IMG/VR virus record: IMGVR_UViG_3300018080_000142
Location: 1-64,000 of that record
Source: a virus
Length of the DNA stretch: 64,000 nucleotides
Reading direction: 5' to 3' (one strand)
Made by a program: the position numbers and the translations under genes. The notes beneath the pieces were generated by a model, which saw only the letters and a list, made by a program, of their open reading frames with translations, searched no databases and was not told the DNA's origin. Numbering within the stretch: position 1 is the stretch's first letter; each line of letters opens with the position of its first letter. This document shows, in pieces, positions 1-11,800 of this stretch.

Positions 1-2100
1 CGTGAACATATCGCTTATGGCGTTCTCTGCAATTTGTTACAGATCAGTAACGATATATACCAGTATCCAGGTTTTGTGCGCAGGGATGTTGGTGATACTG
101 CAAAATATGAAGGTGCTTACGCTTTTTACTGCCCTGAAGATATCTACGAGCTGAGGGATTTTTCCATTCAACCAGGTGATAAGCTTGTCAACCATGAGTA
201 TCGTACACCATTTGACCCGACTGTAACGGCACAAACTGGTTGCCAGGGATATGGTCGTGAGGAAATGACCGGTGCTGACGGAGCATACTCATTCTACCAA
301 AAGTTCTATCTACATAATGGTAGCGGGGATCCGGATGATAACGGTGTAATTGATGTAGAGCATGAAATATTATTCTATACACGGCATGAACAAGGTGATA
401 CCGATGAAACGACAAGCCTTCAGTTTGATCCAAGGGATCCGACAAAGGAATTACAAGGCCAATGTGCTGCTATAATCCTTCCGGATCCCGATCGTATCAG
501 CTATAATACCAACCTTGGTATTGCAGTTCTTGACATCGATGAATCAACGGATGGAAATAAAGGATATACAAACCTGCTCGAGAGTGATCCCAGGATGTTG
601 ATTTGTTCTGTCAAAAGGGAGAATAACAGTCCATACGGAGGAACTGGCGATTCAGCACTTGCAAATACGAATTATATCGGGACCGGCCATTTCCAGAAAA
701 TCGATGATGCTGTTCTTGCCGATATCAATGCCGGTGGTAATTATATATTCAATGACATCGATGTATTCGGAGGTGATGCATTTGTTTGCCTGTTTGACCT
801 GATGCGTCTTATGCAGGACGATGACCAGGAGGGATCCTACGATATGTTCAACCATTCAATCATCGTTCCCCTCGAGACAAGAATAAATCTTGATCTCAGA
901 GAGGGAAATCATGTTGGTAAAGACAGAAGTTATGACGGCACGAACAATCCCAGTGGTTTAAGAAAATTCACTACCGGGCATAAATGGGAGGAATTCAATT
1001 ATAATGACGGCTACACATCTGAAAACATTCAGGATTACTACCTACCATTACCGTATAACTTCCAGCTTCAAAACAGATTCGATGTTCGTAACAGATATTC
1101 AGATACAAAGACCTATGGAGAACTCGAGGATTCCTTCCGTAAGTTCTCAGCTCTGAACTATATCGATCTTGATACTCATTTCGGTCCTATCAATAATATA
1201 CGCAGGAAATTCAACCGCTTGTTGTACTGGCAAAGGGATGCCGTTGGATATATTCCAATTGAAGAACGAGCCCTTACACAGAATGCTGCAGGCGAACCTG
1301 TTCAGTTAGGTGTGGGAGGTATTTTCGAAAGGCATGATGAAGTGATTGAAATGATCGGTAACAGCAATCAATTTGGCCTTGCTGAATCACCTGTTGGTTT
1401 CCATTGGTATGATTCCATAAGAAAGATTTACGTTACCCTGACAGACTCTATGAAGTTCAGCCGGGATTCACTCGTCAAGGGTCTGGATAGGTATTTTACC
1501 AACGGTGTTCCAAACGATATGAACATCTATGATAATCCTGCCTACGATTACGGTATTGTATCCGGTTACGATCCCAGGATTAAATTCATATTCACAACTT
1601 TCTTTTTCCCTGATGGATCGAATGAAACGATCGGAATGAACATCAGGAATAATAAGTTCGTTGGATTCTATGATTTCAGTCCTAGAATGTATTTCGAGTA
1701 CAAAGACTGGATGTACGCCCTTGATGGTACAAGCCTGAATATATGGCAGCATAACACAAACGAGATCAGATCCAGTTTCTATGGCACGACATACCCTGCT
1801 ACATTCTCGGTCATAGTCAAGGAAAGCAGTAACGTTGAGAAGATCTTTGACAGATGGGTAATGATAGCAAGTGAGAATTTCTTCTCAGAACTTGACTATG
1901 AAAACTCCGAGCAAAGCGTAAGTGAGTTCATTCTCAATAACAGGAATATTAAAAGGAGAAACAGGAGATGGTATGGTAATTTTCCACTCGTAACCAGGGA
2001 AAGACTTGTCGATGGATATCTTAAGATTACCTTTACAACAAATTCCGTCAGCGAGGTTACATTCAATGAGATAAAAACTTTCATAAGAAAAATGATATAA
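1..2100 (+). CDS. Tail stabilisation/muzzle-like virion protein (crAss-like), 5'-truncated by the window edge
   Basis: Frame is open from base 1. Motifs FGGDAFVCLF, YSDTKTYGELEDSFRKF..NYIDLD..GPI and LYWQ..AVGYIPIEERAL..VQLGVG resemble crAss-like tail stabilisation proteins. It lies just upstream of the cargo/RNAP genes. Confidence 0.65.
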   Translation, partial: REHIAYGVLCNLLQISNDIYQYPGFVRRDVGDTAKYEGAYAFYCPEDIYELRDFSIQPGDKLVNHEYRTPFDPTVTAQTGCQGYGREEMTGADGAYSFYQKFYLHNGSGDPDDNGVIDVEHEILFYTRHEQGDTDETTSLQFDPRDPTKELQGQCAAIILPDPDRISYNTNLGIAVLDIDESTDGNKGYTNLLESDPRMLICSVKRENNSPYGGTGDSALANTNYIGTGHFQKIDDAVLADINAGGNYIFNDIDVFGGDAFVCLFDLMRLMQDDDQEGSYDMFNHSIIVPLETRINLDLREGNHVGKDRSYDGTNNPSGLRKFTTGHKWEEFNYNDGYTSENIQDYYLPLPYNFQLQNRFDVRNRYSDTKTYGELEDSFRKFSALNYIDLDTHFGPINNIRRKFNRLLYWQRDAVGYIPIEERALTQNAAGEPVQLGVGGIFERHDEVIEMIGNSNQFGLAESPVGFHWYDSIRKIYVTLTDSMKFSRDSLVKGLDRYFTNGVPNDMNIYDNPAYDYGIVSGYDPRIKFIFTTFFFPDGSNETIGMNIRNNKFVGFYDFSPRMYFEYKDWMYALDGTSLNIWQHNTNEIRSSFYGTTYPATFSVIVKESSNVEKIFDRWVMIASENFFSELDYENSEQSVSEFILNNRNIKRRNRRWYGNFPLVTRERLVDGYLKITFTTNSVSEVTFNEIKTFIRKMI

Positions 2101-2102
2101 TC

Positions 2103-4199
2103 ATGGCAAATTCAGTAGACAAGCTAAAATGCGGTGGAATGAAAAGAGGCCGTGGAAAGCAGGAAGGTGGAATTGTTACCGGTGACGAAGAAAAAGTCGG
2201 GCTTCTCGGTAATAACCAGTTTGGCTCCTTTGGTCTCTCAACAATGGCAGGTTTTGGAGATGAGATCCTGGGTAATAAGATTGATGAACTTCTGTCAGGT
2301 TATGATATCCGGGAGAACCCAGCTGAGACTGTTAAGCGTGTCGATACTCTTAACGTAGGTCGTGACATAGGAGCCACAACATTGAAAGGAGCTGGTGCAG
2401 GATTTGCTGCTGCCGGTCCGGTTGGTGCGCTCATAGGTGGTGGTCTCGGCCTTCTGGGATCCGGTATTAAAGCAATAGCGGGAAAGAAAAGAAGGGAAGA
2501 AGAAAGGAGAGAGGCAGTTTCCAAATGGTCGAATCTTTATTCCGGGATGTATAAAAACTACCTTGATGAATCCGGCTACCAGGAAGGCGGTATGATCAAA
2601 GGAAAAGGCGGACCTAAATCAGATGCTATCCGCATGACAGCCGTTGATGGGTCATTTGTTGTTCCTGCAGAAAATGCAGAGATTGGTATGGAACTCGGCA
2701 AAACCCTTCTGGGATGGGATGATAATACTTTTGCTGACAGAATGAACGGCGGATCCAATGTCATGGTAAGTGATGGTGAGGTGTTCTTCACTCCCGAAGA
2801 AGTCGGCATACTCAGGTATCACGGTGTAGACCTTGATCAGCTGGCCCCGAAAGCTGAACCGGAATATAAGCCGAAACCTAAGCCGAAAGCCAAGGCAAAG
2901 CCCAAGCCGAAACCAAAACCTGCTAAGAAAACTCCGGTAAAGAAAAGTATTCCGAGTTCAACGGCCAAGAGACCTTCAGGAACGAAGGCTTTAAAAACTT
3001 CAAGACCGCCACATAAGCAGGTCAATCCACAACCGCACAAACCTACTGAAGTAGGCGAAAGCAAAGCTGTAGAACTGCCTAAGAACAAAAATACCTTCAA
3101 GGGAAGCAAGAAAGCCAGCACTACACCAGTTGGTGATGGAAGTGTTCAAATGTTAAGAACGGGAGGGTTAACCAGGTCAAAAGATTACGGTTCATCAAAG
3201 AAGCCTTATCCAAAAGTTGCAAGCAGTAAATTCATGGATCCGAAAAACAGAAGGTATCCCGTAACAACAAAGGAGGATTGGAGTGATGCTATGGGACTTG
3301 CAAAAATGCATGGACATACAAGTATTATTGCAAAGTTGAACAAACATAAGTTTGCCAATAAAAAGGCTGATGGTGGTGAAATTCAGAATCTTCAGAATGG
3401 TGGATGGAAGTATGATCCGGAGAGTGGCTACGTAGTCAGCCAGGCAGGTGATATTGCCTATGACCAGGAAGGAAATGAATTCCGTACAGGAACATCCGGA
3501 CAGCTCGAGTTGTCAACAACCAAGACACCTTACGGTCAGAGTATATATAATGAGGTCTACGGCGCACAGGCCGAGGATACCTTTGCTGACAGTGACGGAT
3601 CAAAGGAAGGTGACGAACAGGAGTTCAAGCGCAAATGGTATGAATTTGCTCCGGAACTTGCCGGTACACTGCAAACCCTTGGTGGTGCATACGGATTTAT
3701 GAGAGCTGGCAGACGGCCGGATCTTAATGTAAGCCGTACTCTCAAGAAACTCAGCGGTGAAGTTCGCAGACTGTCACAGTTCGGTTACGAACCGGCAGTA
3801 CTTAATGCCCTCGATACCCAGATAGAAAAAGCTCGCAGGGATACCAACCGGGCAATTACAGGTGCAGGTGGATCCCCGATGGAGGTTATGGCAAAGCTTC
3901 AGAACACCCTGTCAACGGTCATTGACAAAAAGGCAGGGGTATTGTATGCTGATGCTGCTGAAAAAGCCAGGAAATTTGCTGATGTACTTCGTGTGGATAC
4001 TGCAATCGCAGGACAGGAATTTGACATTGACAAGATCAATCTTGACGATTGGTATCGCAACCAGGAGGTCTTTGCAGATCTTTTCTCGGCCGGTGTATCG
4101 AATATCATCGGTGCGCGTCAGCTGAAAAGCGAGCAGGACTTTTTAAGGAAAACAGGTGGTACATGGCCTGATTTCTCAGCATTAAAAACTCGTACATAA
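2103..4199 (+). CDS. Putative virion cargo/ejection protein
   Basis: Glycine-zipper hydrophobic segment (GAGAGFAAAGPVGALIGGGLGLLG), repeated xxGG motifs and a K/P-rich tract. Sits between the tail protein and the virion RNAP as in crAss-like phages. Confidence 0.55.
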   Translation: MANSVDKLKCGGMKRGRGKQEGGIVTGDEEKVGLLGNNQFGSFGLSTMAGFGDEILGNKIDELLSGYDIRENPAETVKRVDTLNVGRDIGATTLKGAGAGFAAAGPVGALIGGGLGLLGSGIKAIAGKKRREEERREAVSKWSNLYSGMYKNYLDESGYQEGGMIKGKGGPKSDAIRMTAVDGSFVVPAENAEIGMELGKTLLGWDDNTFADRMNGGSNVMVSDGEVFFTPEEVGILRYHGVDLDQLAPKAEPEYKPKPKPKAKAKPKPKPKPAKKTPVKKSIPSSTAKRPSGTKALKTSRPPHKQVNPQPHKPTEVGESKAVELPKNKNTFKGSKKASTTPVGDGSVQMLRTGGLTRSKDYGSSKKPYPKVASSKFMDPKNRRYPVTTKEDWSDAMGLAKMHGHTSIIAKLNKHKFANKKADGGEIQNLQNGGWKYDPESGYVVSQAGDIAYDQEGNEFRTGTSGQLELSTTKTPYGQSIYNEVYGAQAEDTFADSDGSKEGDEQEFKRKWYEFAPELAGTLQTLGGAYGFMRAGRRPDLNVSRTLKKLSGEVRRLSQFGYEPAVLNALDTQIEKARRDTNRAITGAGGSPMEVMAKLQNTLSTVIDKKAGVLYADAAEKARKFADVLRVDTAIAGQEFDIDKINLDDWYRNQEVFADLFSAGVSNIIGARQLKSEQDFLRKTGGTWPDFSALKTRT

Positions 4200-4211
4200 A
4201 CATATATAATC

Positions 4212-5819
4212 ATGGGATTTCTTTCTTACGGAAGTGCCAGGGCATTAGCTCACCGGCATGATTTTCAGCGGGACATTGACCGGCTGTACCAGAGAGAAGC
4301 CTACAGGCAAAGTATAGAAGCAGAGAAAGCCAGGAAAACAGAGTACTATGCTCAGTTTATGAAAGAACCGGTTGCTGTTGCACCCTACAATGTCAGAAGG
4401 CTTGAGAGCTATATGGACGATCTTAACAACCGCGTGGCAGATTTCATGATCGATCACGGACCTGCAGTCGAGACAGATATCAACCTCAAGAGACAATTCT
4501 TCAAACTCACGGATGAATATCTGAATAACGATATCATCAGGGAAGATATGCAGGTTCAGAATGAATTCCAGAAACTCAAGGATAATACTGATAATCTCAC
4601 TCCGAGGCAATGGGAAGCCGAGATGGAGAAATATACCAACTATATCAATGAAGGCGGTGATCCGTACATATATTCCAATCCTGTAATTCCGAAGTATGAC
4701 GAGATCCTGCAGGCTGCGGCAACATTCTTACAACCTGATGCAAGATATGACGATGTAGGAAACTTAATCGAGGCCATAGAAGAAGTTCCAGAGTGGAAAT
4801 ATGTTGCAAGGGCAAATGCTGATATTGGTGATCCAGATATCGGTCCAGTAATCATGAAACAGTTCGAAGCTGTTGAAGAAAGGCAACCTGGCCGTTACAA
4901 GAATGCTGTCGATATGCACATAAATAATATGAAGGCAGGAGAATCGGTTAAAAGGCAGTTCCGGGCGTGGGATCCTGCATACACTACGGATCAACAGATA
5001 AGAAGGAAGAACCAGGAGCAATCGGTGAGACAGTATCCTTATTGGAGCGCAACCGTTGCACCGAAATGGCAGGTAGGAAATACAATCCCTGGTGATATGA
5101 AGTTCCTTCACTTCACTGGATTTAATGCAGTAAACCGGTCATGGAATCTTGGTTCAGAAGGTCAGACTGTCAAAGTGAGGGATAAAGAAACTGGTCAGTT
5201 CAGGGATGTTCTTCTTAAAGGAGCATTGGTCGCACGTAACGTAGGAGAAATTTCAGTTGAAGCAGATGGCGGTCTAATCCGTGTTGATGTCAGTGCTGCT
5301 GTACATCCAAGTGCTGAGGCAAGTAGGGAAAAAGAAAGATACTTTCTCGATGACGAGGAAATAACTGATAAGCAATACAGTGATCTCTTAAATGATCTGA
5401 ACAAACGTAAGCGCGAAAAAGTTCTGGCAGGCGAAACTATTGAAGGATTACGGATTGAAAAGGAAACTATCTATAGCAATGAACAACTTTACAAAGATGC
5501 TGGTTTTGAATCAACAGGAGTCTATGAGGAAGGTATTCTTGATGTTGGTCTTGATAAAAAAACTGGCAGGTTTCCAGTTTACACAGGATCTATCTGGGTC
5601 CCTGGAAATTTCAGCAATGCCAACCTGATTGCTTATGAAGAATCATTCGGTGCAACACACCTTAAAGATATCCAGCCTGAAATGAGGACAGAAGGGATAA
5701 TCAACAGAGCAGTAGCCGAGGGTAACTATGGATTTGCAGCACAGGTTTTAAGCGACACTTACGGAGGTAATTGGAGATTTGATTCTGAAACAGGTAAATT
5801 TATTGAGATACAGGAATAA
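4212..5819 (+). CDS. Hypothetical protein, probable virion cargo protein
   Basis: 535-aa ORF tightly packed before the RNAP gene. Function inferred from position only. Confidence 0.45.
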   Translation: MGFLSYGSARALAHRHDFQRDIDRLYQREAYRQSIEAEKARKTEYYAQFMKEPVAVAPYNVRRLESYMDDLNNRVADFMIDHGPAVETDINLKRQFFKLTDEYLNNDIIREDMQVQNEFQKLKDNTDNLTPRQWEAEMEKYTNYINEGGDPYIYSNPVIPKYDEILQAAATFLQPDARYDDVGNLIEAIEEVPEWKYVARANADIGDPDIGPVIMKQFEAVEERQPGRYKNAVDMHINNMKAGESVKRQFRAWDPAYTTDQQIRRKNQEQSVRQYPYWSATVAPKWQVGNTIPGDMKFLHFTGFNAVNRSWNLGSEGQTVKVRDKETGQFRDVLLKGALVARNVGEISVEADGGLIRVDVSAAVHPSAEASREKERYFLDDEEITDKQYSDLLNDLNKRKREKVLAGETIEGLRIEKETIYSNEQLYKDAGFESTGVYEEGILDVGLDKKTGRFPVYTGSIWVPGNFSNANLIAYEESFGATHLKDIQPEMRTEGIINRAVAEGNYGFAAQVLSDTYGGNWRFDSETGKFIEIQE

Positions 5820-5822
5820 TCC

Positions 5823-8800
5823 ATGCCAGATACTACTCGAGTATATGATCCCAGGACCGGCAAGATCACTGAACCAGGTGAAGAAAAATTCACCGGTGAT
5901 ACAGCTGCAGGTTCACCGATCGACCTGAGACCGGATGCACCAAGAGCCTACGATCCGGTAAATAACCAGATAGGTATACAGATCGATGGTGAATTCCAGC
6001 CTATATCCAGGGAACAGCATTTCTATGAAAAAGGGGTAATTCCAAAAGTTGAAAAGCAAATTGAGCAGTACGAAGAAGAACTGAGAGATTTCCGTGAAAA
6101 GATCGAGGGAACGAAATATATCACCGAGGATGAAAAAAGAAACCGGATCCTCGAGATAGATATGGAAATTACCAAGCTTCAGCAAGATCAACGCAGAGCA
6201 GCTCGTCAACAACAACCGTTCGATACTTTTGCCTTACCGGGACCTGGTACAGCCGGTGTGTCGATCCAGATGGATCCCGAGAAGCAAGGCGAGATGAAAC
6301 GGATAAATGAAGAAATCATCAGGCTTGCCAAAGAACGCAGGAACTTGGCAGAGGATCTGAAACCTGTCAGCGAGGAAGAAAAACGGGATATCAGAAACAA
6401 CTACGGTGCATTTGACGGTTTCGGTGAAATAAAAATGCATGAGAAATATGGTGTTGAAAGGTCTATGAGGATCTACCGGGAAGCTGTTTCCGATCAGCTC
6501 GATGTTCTCGCAAAGGCAAGAATTAAAGTCAACAAACCAGAAAATATCATCTCCTATGACAATATCCTGTTTGGCAAGGAACCTGAATTAAAACACACCG
6601 ACCAGGCTGGTCTCGATAAAATATGGGAGGCAGCAACTACGGATCCTGACTATGCTGACGGTGACTACGCTGCAAAACGTAAGATCCTGCATCAAAAGGT
6701 CAAAGAATTCCTGTCTGACAAAGAGGGCATAGAGGACAAGGAATCTGCATCATACAATATACTCTCGAATCTGTTGACAAAGTTCGCTCAGTCTGATGAT
6801 GGTAACTTCACCATTGAGGGACTGAAACTGTATGCCGAGCATATGTCTAACCGGGTTAATTCCATGATGGAATATTTACAGGGCAGTTTAAGCCAGGTTA
6901 AAGACGAGGATCCCCACGAGGAAAAAAGGAAGTTTGACCAGCTTGAGAGGCAATATGGCAAAGATGCTGTTAGGCAGTGGTACAATACGTTGATGTCAGA
7001 TGCCTTCCAGCTCAGGCTTGTACAGGATCAGCTTGATAAGATTCTCAAGATGCCTGAAGCTCGCAGGGGATTGAAAGATGCTGGTAAAGGATTCCTTGCC
7101 ACCCCCGCCCATGAACTCATGTTGGGAGTTTATCAACTGGCCGAGGCAATGAATGTTAATAAGATTGTTGATAAAGTCAATGACGGCAGGGAACTTACTT
7201 TCAGTGAGGATCTTGCATTGAAAGCTTATGCAACGATAAACTATGCTGGTAACTATGATACTGAAAGCACGGTATACAAGGCTACGAAAGGTATGGTTGA
7301 GATGCTTCCGTACATTGCCGAGTTTCTTATCTCCGGTCCTACATACAGTGCCATTCGTGGTGCTGCATTGAAAGGAACGACAAAGCTTGCCAGAGGTGTT
7401 ATCGGCCGGCAGGCCACTTTCCGGCTCGGAAAGAAAATATATAATGTTGCTGACCTGGCAGCATTGAATCTTGCCAGAGTCGCCGGTACAGCCGTTAGAC
7501 CAATTGCCATACCTCAAATGCCGGTGACCAAATCCTTGCAGAATATCCGTGATGATGTTGTTCTGAACCCAACGATGGAAGGTATTGAGGCTGAGGTGCT
7601 GAAAAATACCGGGGATCCACTGGCAGAAGGTATAGGAAAAGGTTACTGGTCTGCTTTCTCAGAACTGTTTACGGAAAAAATGGGAAGGCACATAATGAGA
7701 GTTATCCCGTTTGCCGGCAAGATCGGGAAACAGCTTAGCGGAAAGCAAATGGTCCAAAGGACCGTCCTGGATAGATTTATGAAGCTGAAAGGGATACAAA
7801 GTATTGAAAAGCTTGGCAGTTATATCAGCCGGAACAAGCTTGGTTGGGATGGCATCATGGAAGAATATCTCGAGGAAGTTGCCAACTACTATATGGAAAC
7901 TGCCGTAACCGGTGAAAGAGTCCACGGGAAAGAATTCTGGGATCAACAGCTTGTTACCTTTCTTACAGTAGCCGGTTTCGGTGCATTCATGAAACCTGTT
8001 CAGCTTACCCTTCATGGTGCGGTCGGCCACAAGATGAAATATACAATGGAAACACCGGAGGGTGAGATCAAGACAGTCAACCTTCCAAGACAGGTTCACC
8101 AGGATCTGATGAAGATAGTTGGTAAACCCGGTGCTTTCATTGATGACGAGGCCATAACCGGTTTCTTTGATAAATACAAAGGTGAACTCTCGAGAGAACA
8201 GTTCGATCTTCTGATGCATTTGACGGTCCAGGAAGGGCAGAAAAAGGCTCAGGAATTTGTAGCTACTCATGGTCCTGGCAGGGCAGCCAAGAGAATTGAT
8301 GAGGACGAGCTGAAGCCGGAACAGGAAATTACAGAACCCGCTCCGGAACTTTCAAAGGAGGAAGTGAGTGAGATTGAAGAAGAGAACAGGAAGATTATTG
8401 CCGAGCATCCTGACCTGGCAAGACTCGATTTACTTACGGAGGATCCTGCCACCGGTCAGCTGTTAAGTCCTAGCGAAACAGTTATTGAGCAGACACATCA
8501 GCAGATTGCCGATGAACTTGCAGAAAAAGCTGAATATGATCAGTTCGGTAATGTCACCAACCTTACTCCGGAGATTGAGAGACTTGTAGAACAGGAAGAA
8601 ACTCTGTCCAGATACAAGGATGAAATGCATGACCGGTCTGTTGATTTCGAGGATCTTTCAATATCTGATAAGCAGGAACGACTGTCCATTGAACTGCGTG
8701 AAGGAAAAACGCTGAAAGGTAAAACAACTCCTGTTACAGACCGCAGGTTTCAAGTTGAGCTTAAAGATGGCAGGAAGGTTGATGTATGGTTTCACAGGAA

Positions 8801-11800
8801 CCTGGCTCCTGATGTTGAGAAAAAAGCAAGGAAGGCAATCAACAACCATGAAAAGGTTGAACTCAGGCTTCAGGATTGGCAGGAATGGAATCCCGACAGG
8901 AATATCACCGATGAAAGCGGAGTACCATACGAGGACAGGATTCAGGCATGGATAGGTGAGAATCCCGTTGGTGCTGTCCGTGTTACCGACTTCCGCGAGA
9001 AACGCGCCCGTGCTGAAAGGGCAAGAGAGGACAGAGAGAGAGCCGTTGGTAAGCTGGCCGAGAGTACCAAGGAATTCTTTGAAGGGTTTGCCGTAAAGAA
9101 AGCTTACTCGGACGAGGAACGCAGGGACCAGGCGAAGAAGTTCATCCAGATGGTTAAGGATGCAGGTGTTCTTGCCGGCGTTGAAGTTCAGATAGCAGTC
9201 CAGAGACTTATCGAATATATCCGCGAGCTTACCAATATCGATGATGAGCAGAAAGGATATCTGATTGCACTTGTCAACCAGAACAAAAAAGAAATTGAAA
9301 GGATTGCCGCGCAACAGAGAATTAAGGAAAAAGGCTATGCAAGGAAGGCAGAGGAACTTTCCATTGATAACCTGGTCATTCCATCCATAGAAGGCGTTGC
9401 ACCTTCCGGGGCCCAGAAAATAGATGCCTTCCTTAACGGTTACGCACCAGTATGGAAAGGACTGTCTGAAAGCCTTGAAGTATCGAAGGAATCTGTAGAA
9501 AAAGCTTTTTACCAGATAGCCAGGAGAACCGATGCTTTGGGTAGCCTTCAAAATGAAGCCGTTTTTAGCTATTTTCTCGAGGGCTTGTATGCCGAGGACA
9601 GAATTAACGATGCAATAGTAGATCTCTTAAGACGCAGCTCCATATCGTCTGTACTAAGCTTATTTAACTTTTATGGTAACGTTAGGCTGACGAAACAGTA
9701 TGGAATGCTGTTTAACGGATCAACGTTCTCCATGAAGCTGCTTAACCCTTCTGAGAAGTACGATGACTTTGTCAACAGCTTTACCAATGCCGTAAAAAGG
9801 TATGAACACAAAGGATACACTGGTTACGAGGCGTTGCGTCACAGGATCTATGCACACAATGAACAGCGAGAGGAATTGTTCCATTCCAAGAATCAGGATT
9901 ACTCATGGTACTGGGATCAATCTGCCGAGCAGAGAGAAGAACTGAGAAGAACTCAGCATGAAAGGGATATCGAACTGCTTGGAGAGTTTACCGGCATTCC
10001 AACCGACACCTGGCGGGAGTACTTCACCAGTCAGACAAAGGAAACAATGGCAAAGCCTACCAAGGATGCTCCCAGGAATGCCGAATACACCACTTACGAC
10101 AACTTGCTTGCCCATGATACCTACCGGGGAAACTATCCCAGGATCCAGAGCAACATAGCTTTTAATCTTGGATTCGGTGTAATATACAACCGTGAGGAAA
10201 AGAGGCCGAGAACTCTGGAAGAATTCAAGGAAGCATTCGAGGTTTACTTTCTGCGTGGGAATGAAACCACCGGGGCATTGTCAAACCTATATAAGCTGAG
10301 TACGGCCATACAGGAGCGTGATGAAATCGGACTGTCTGGGATCGATGTAAAGGGAGACCGGTTCAGCTCATTTGTACAAAGAAGCCATCTTTTCAATGCA
10401 GCGGAGAACATTCGCAGGCTTAATGTGGATAACCGGATAACCAGGTTCTATCGTGATAAGGATAAGGAAATGGAAGTTGTCCTGGTCAACGGTCTGCACA
10501 ATACAAAGGTAAACAGGGGTAAAAAGGGAACTCATACGGTTAATCTCTCGAGCGAGGATTTGTGGCTGACCCAGATGGATTTCTTCCTACAGGAAGGTGA
10601 CACATACCTGCACTGGTTAGGTCAGTTCGGTGATAAACCGGCCGTATACTTTGCCGAAGTTCCAAAAGAGACTGAGATTACCAGCGAAAAGATATCTGCA
10701 CTCAAGAAAAAATTCCCGGATTTTGACAAGGCTGTTAAATGGGTTCACGATGAATATATCCAGCTGAATCAATCCTTTTTTAATTCCTTCCTTCTCTCCC
10801 CTACGAAAGATATTGATGCCCGCAAGAGAGAGCGTATGGATATTGCAAGGAACTTCGTCTACAACTTTGCGGTGAACATGGAGTCTTCCAATAAGATATT
10901 CCACGGCAGTCAGGAATCTTACAATGATCTCACGGATATAGTTAAACGTGGAGGCTCTACCAATTCACCAGGTTATGTATTGAATCCATACATAGAAGGC
11001 GGAGTAGGAGAAACCTTCCAGTTTGCATTGATTGAGGATCCAACATTTCTTGGACTCGAGGCATTTGACGGAGAGGAATTCATGTCAGCTGACTATGCTG
11101 AAAGAACTCAGGTATCGATGGGATCCACTCTCAGTAAAGTTGACCAGGAGGGCAATGAAATCCTTACTACAACGAAATCTCTGTTCAGCACAATAAATTA
11201 CGATACCGGTTACCGAGGACTTACAAAGACAAACCGGTTGAATATTGAAATACTTGCCAGTGCTTTCCCTGGTAGCAAGTTCGAGCATATCAGGGATTTT
11301 ATGAAAGCACACAGCATCGATGTACTTGCCGGAACTTCAGGAACCAAGAAAAGTGAGATGAATCCTGACAGGAAAGCAGTATCTATCAAGCTCTGGGATG
11401 AAGAAGGAAACTTGCTGAAGAAACCTGTCATACCTGAAAATTCAATTATTGCCAGAAATACAAGTGATGTTTTTGTGCAGCAGGATCTAAGGCATTCTAC
11501 TGAAGGCAGTCCGACAAATATGCCTTCACAGATCCCGGCGAATATGCAGGCAATCGAAAATGGTGTAGAGATCTCCCGGAAGATATTCCGCCTGCAGGTA
11601 AAAGTCATGGCTGAAATGGTCCGTGAGTTTGACGGTAAGAAGATCGATGATGTAAAGATTAAATGGCTTAAAGACCTGGTCAATGAAAATACTCAACCGG
11701 ATCTGTATCGTCTGCTCGAGGCGGGAATGACTCCTTATGAACCATCCTTTGCAAACTTCATGCGCAAGATGCTTTCTTCGGAACTCACCAGGAAGGCACT

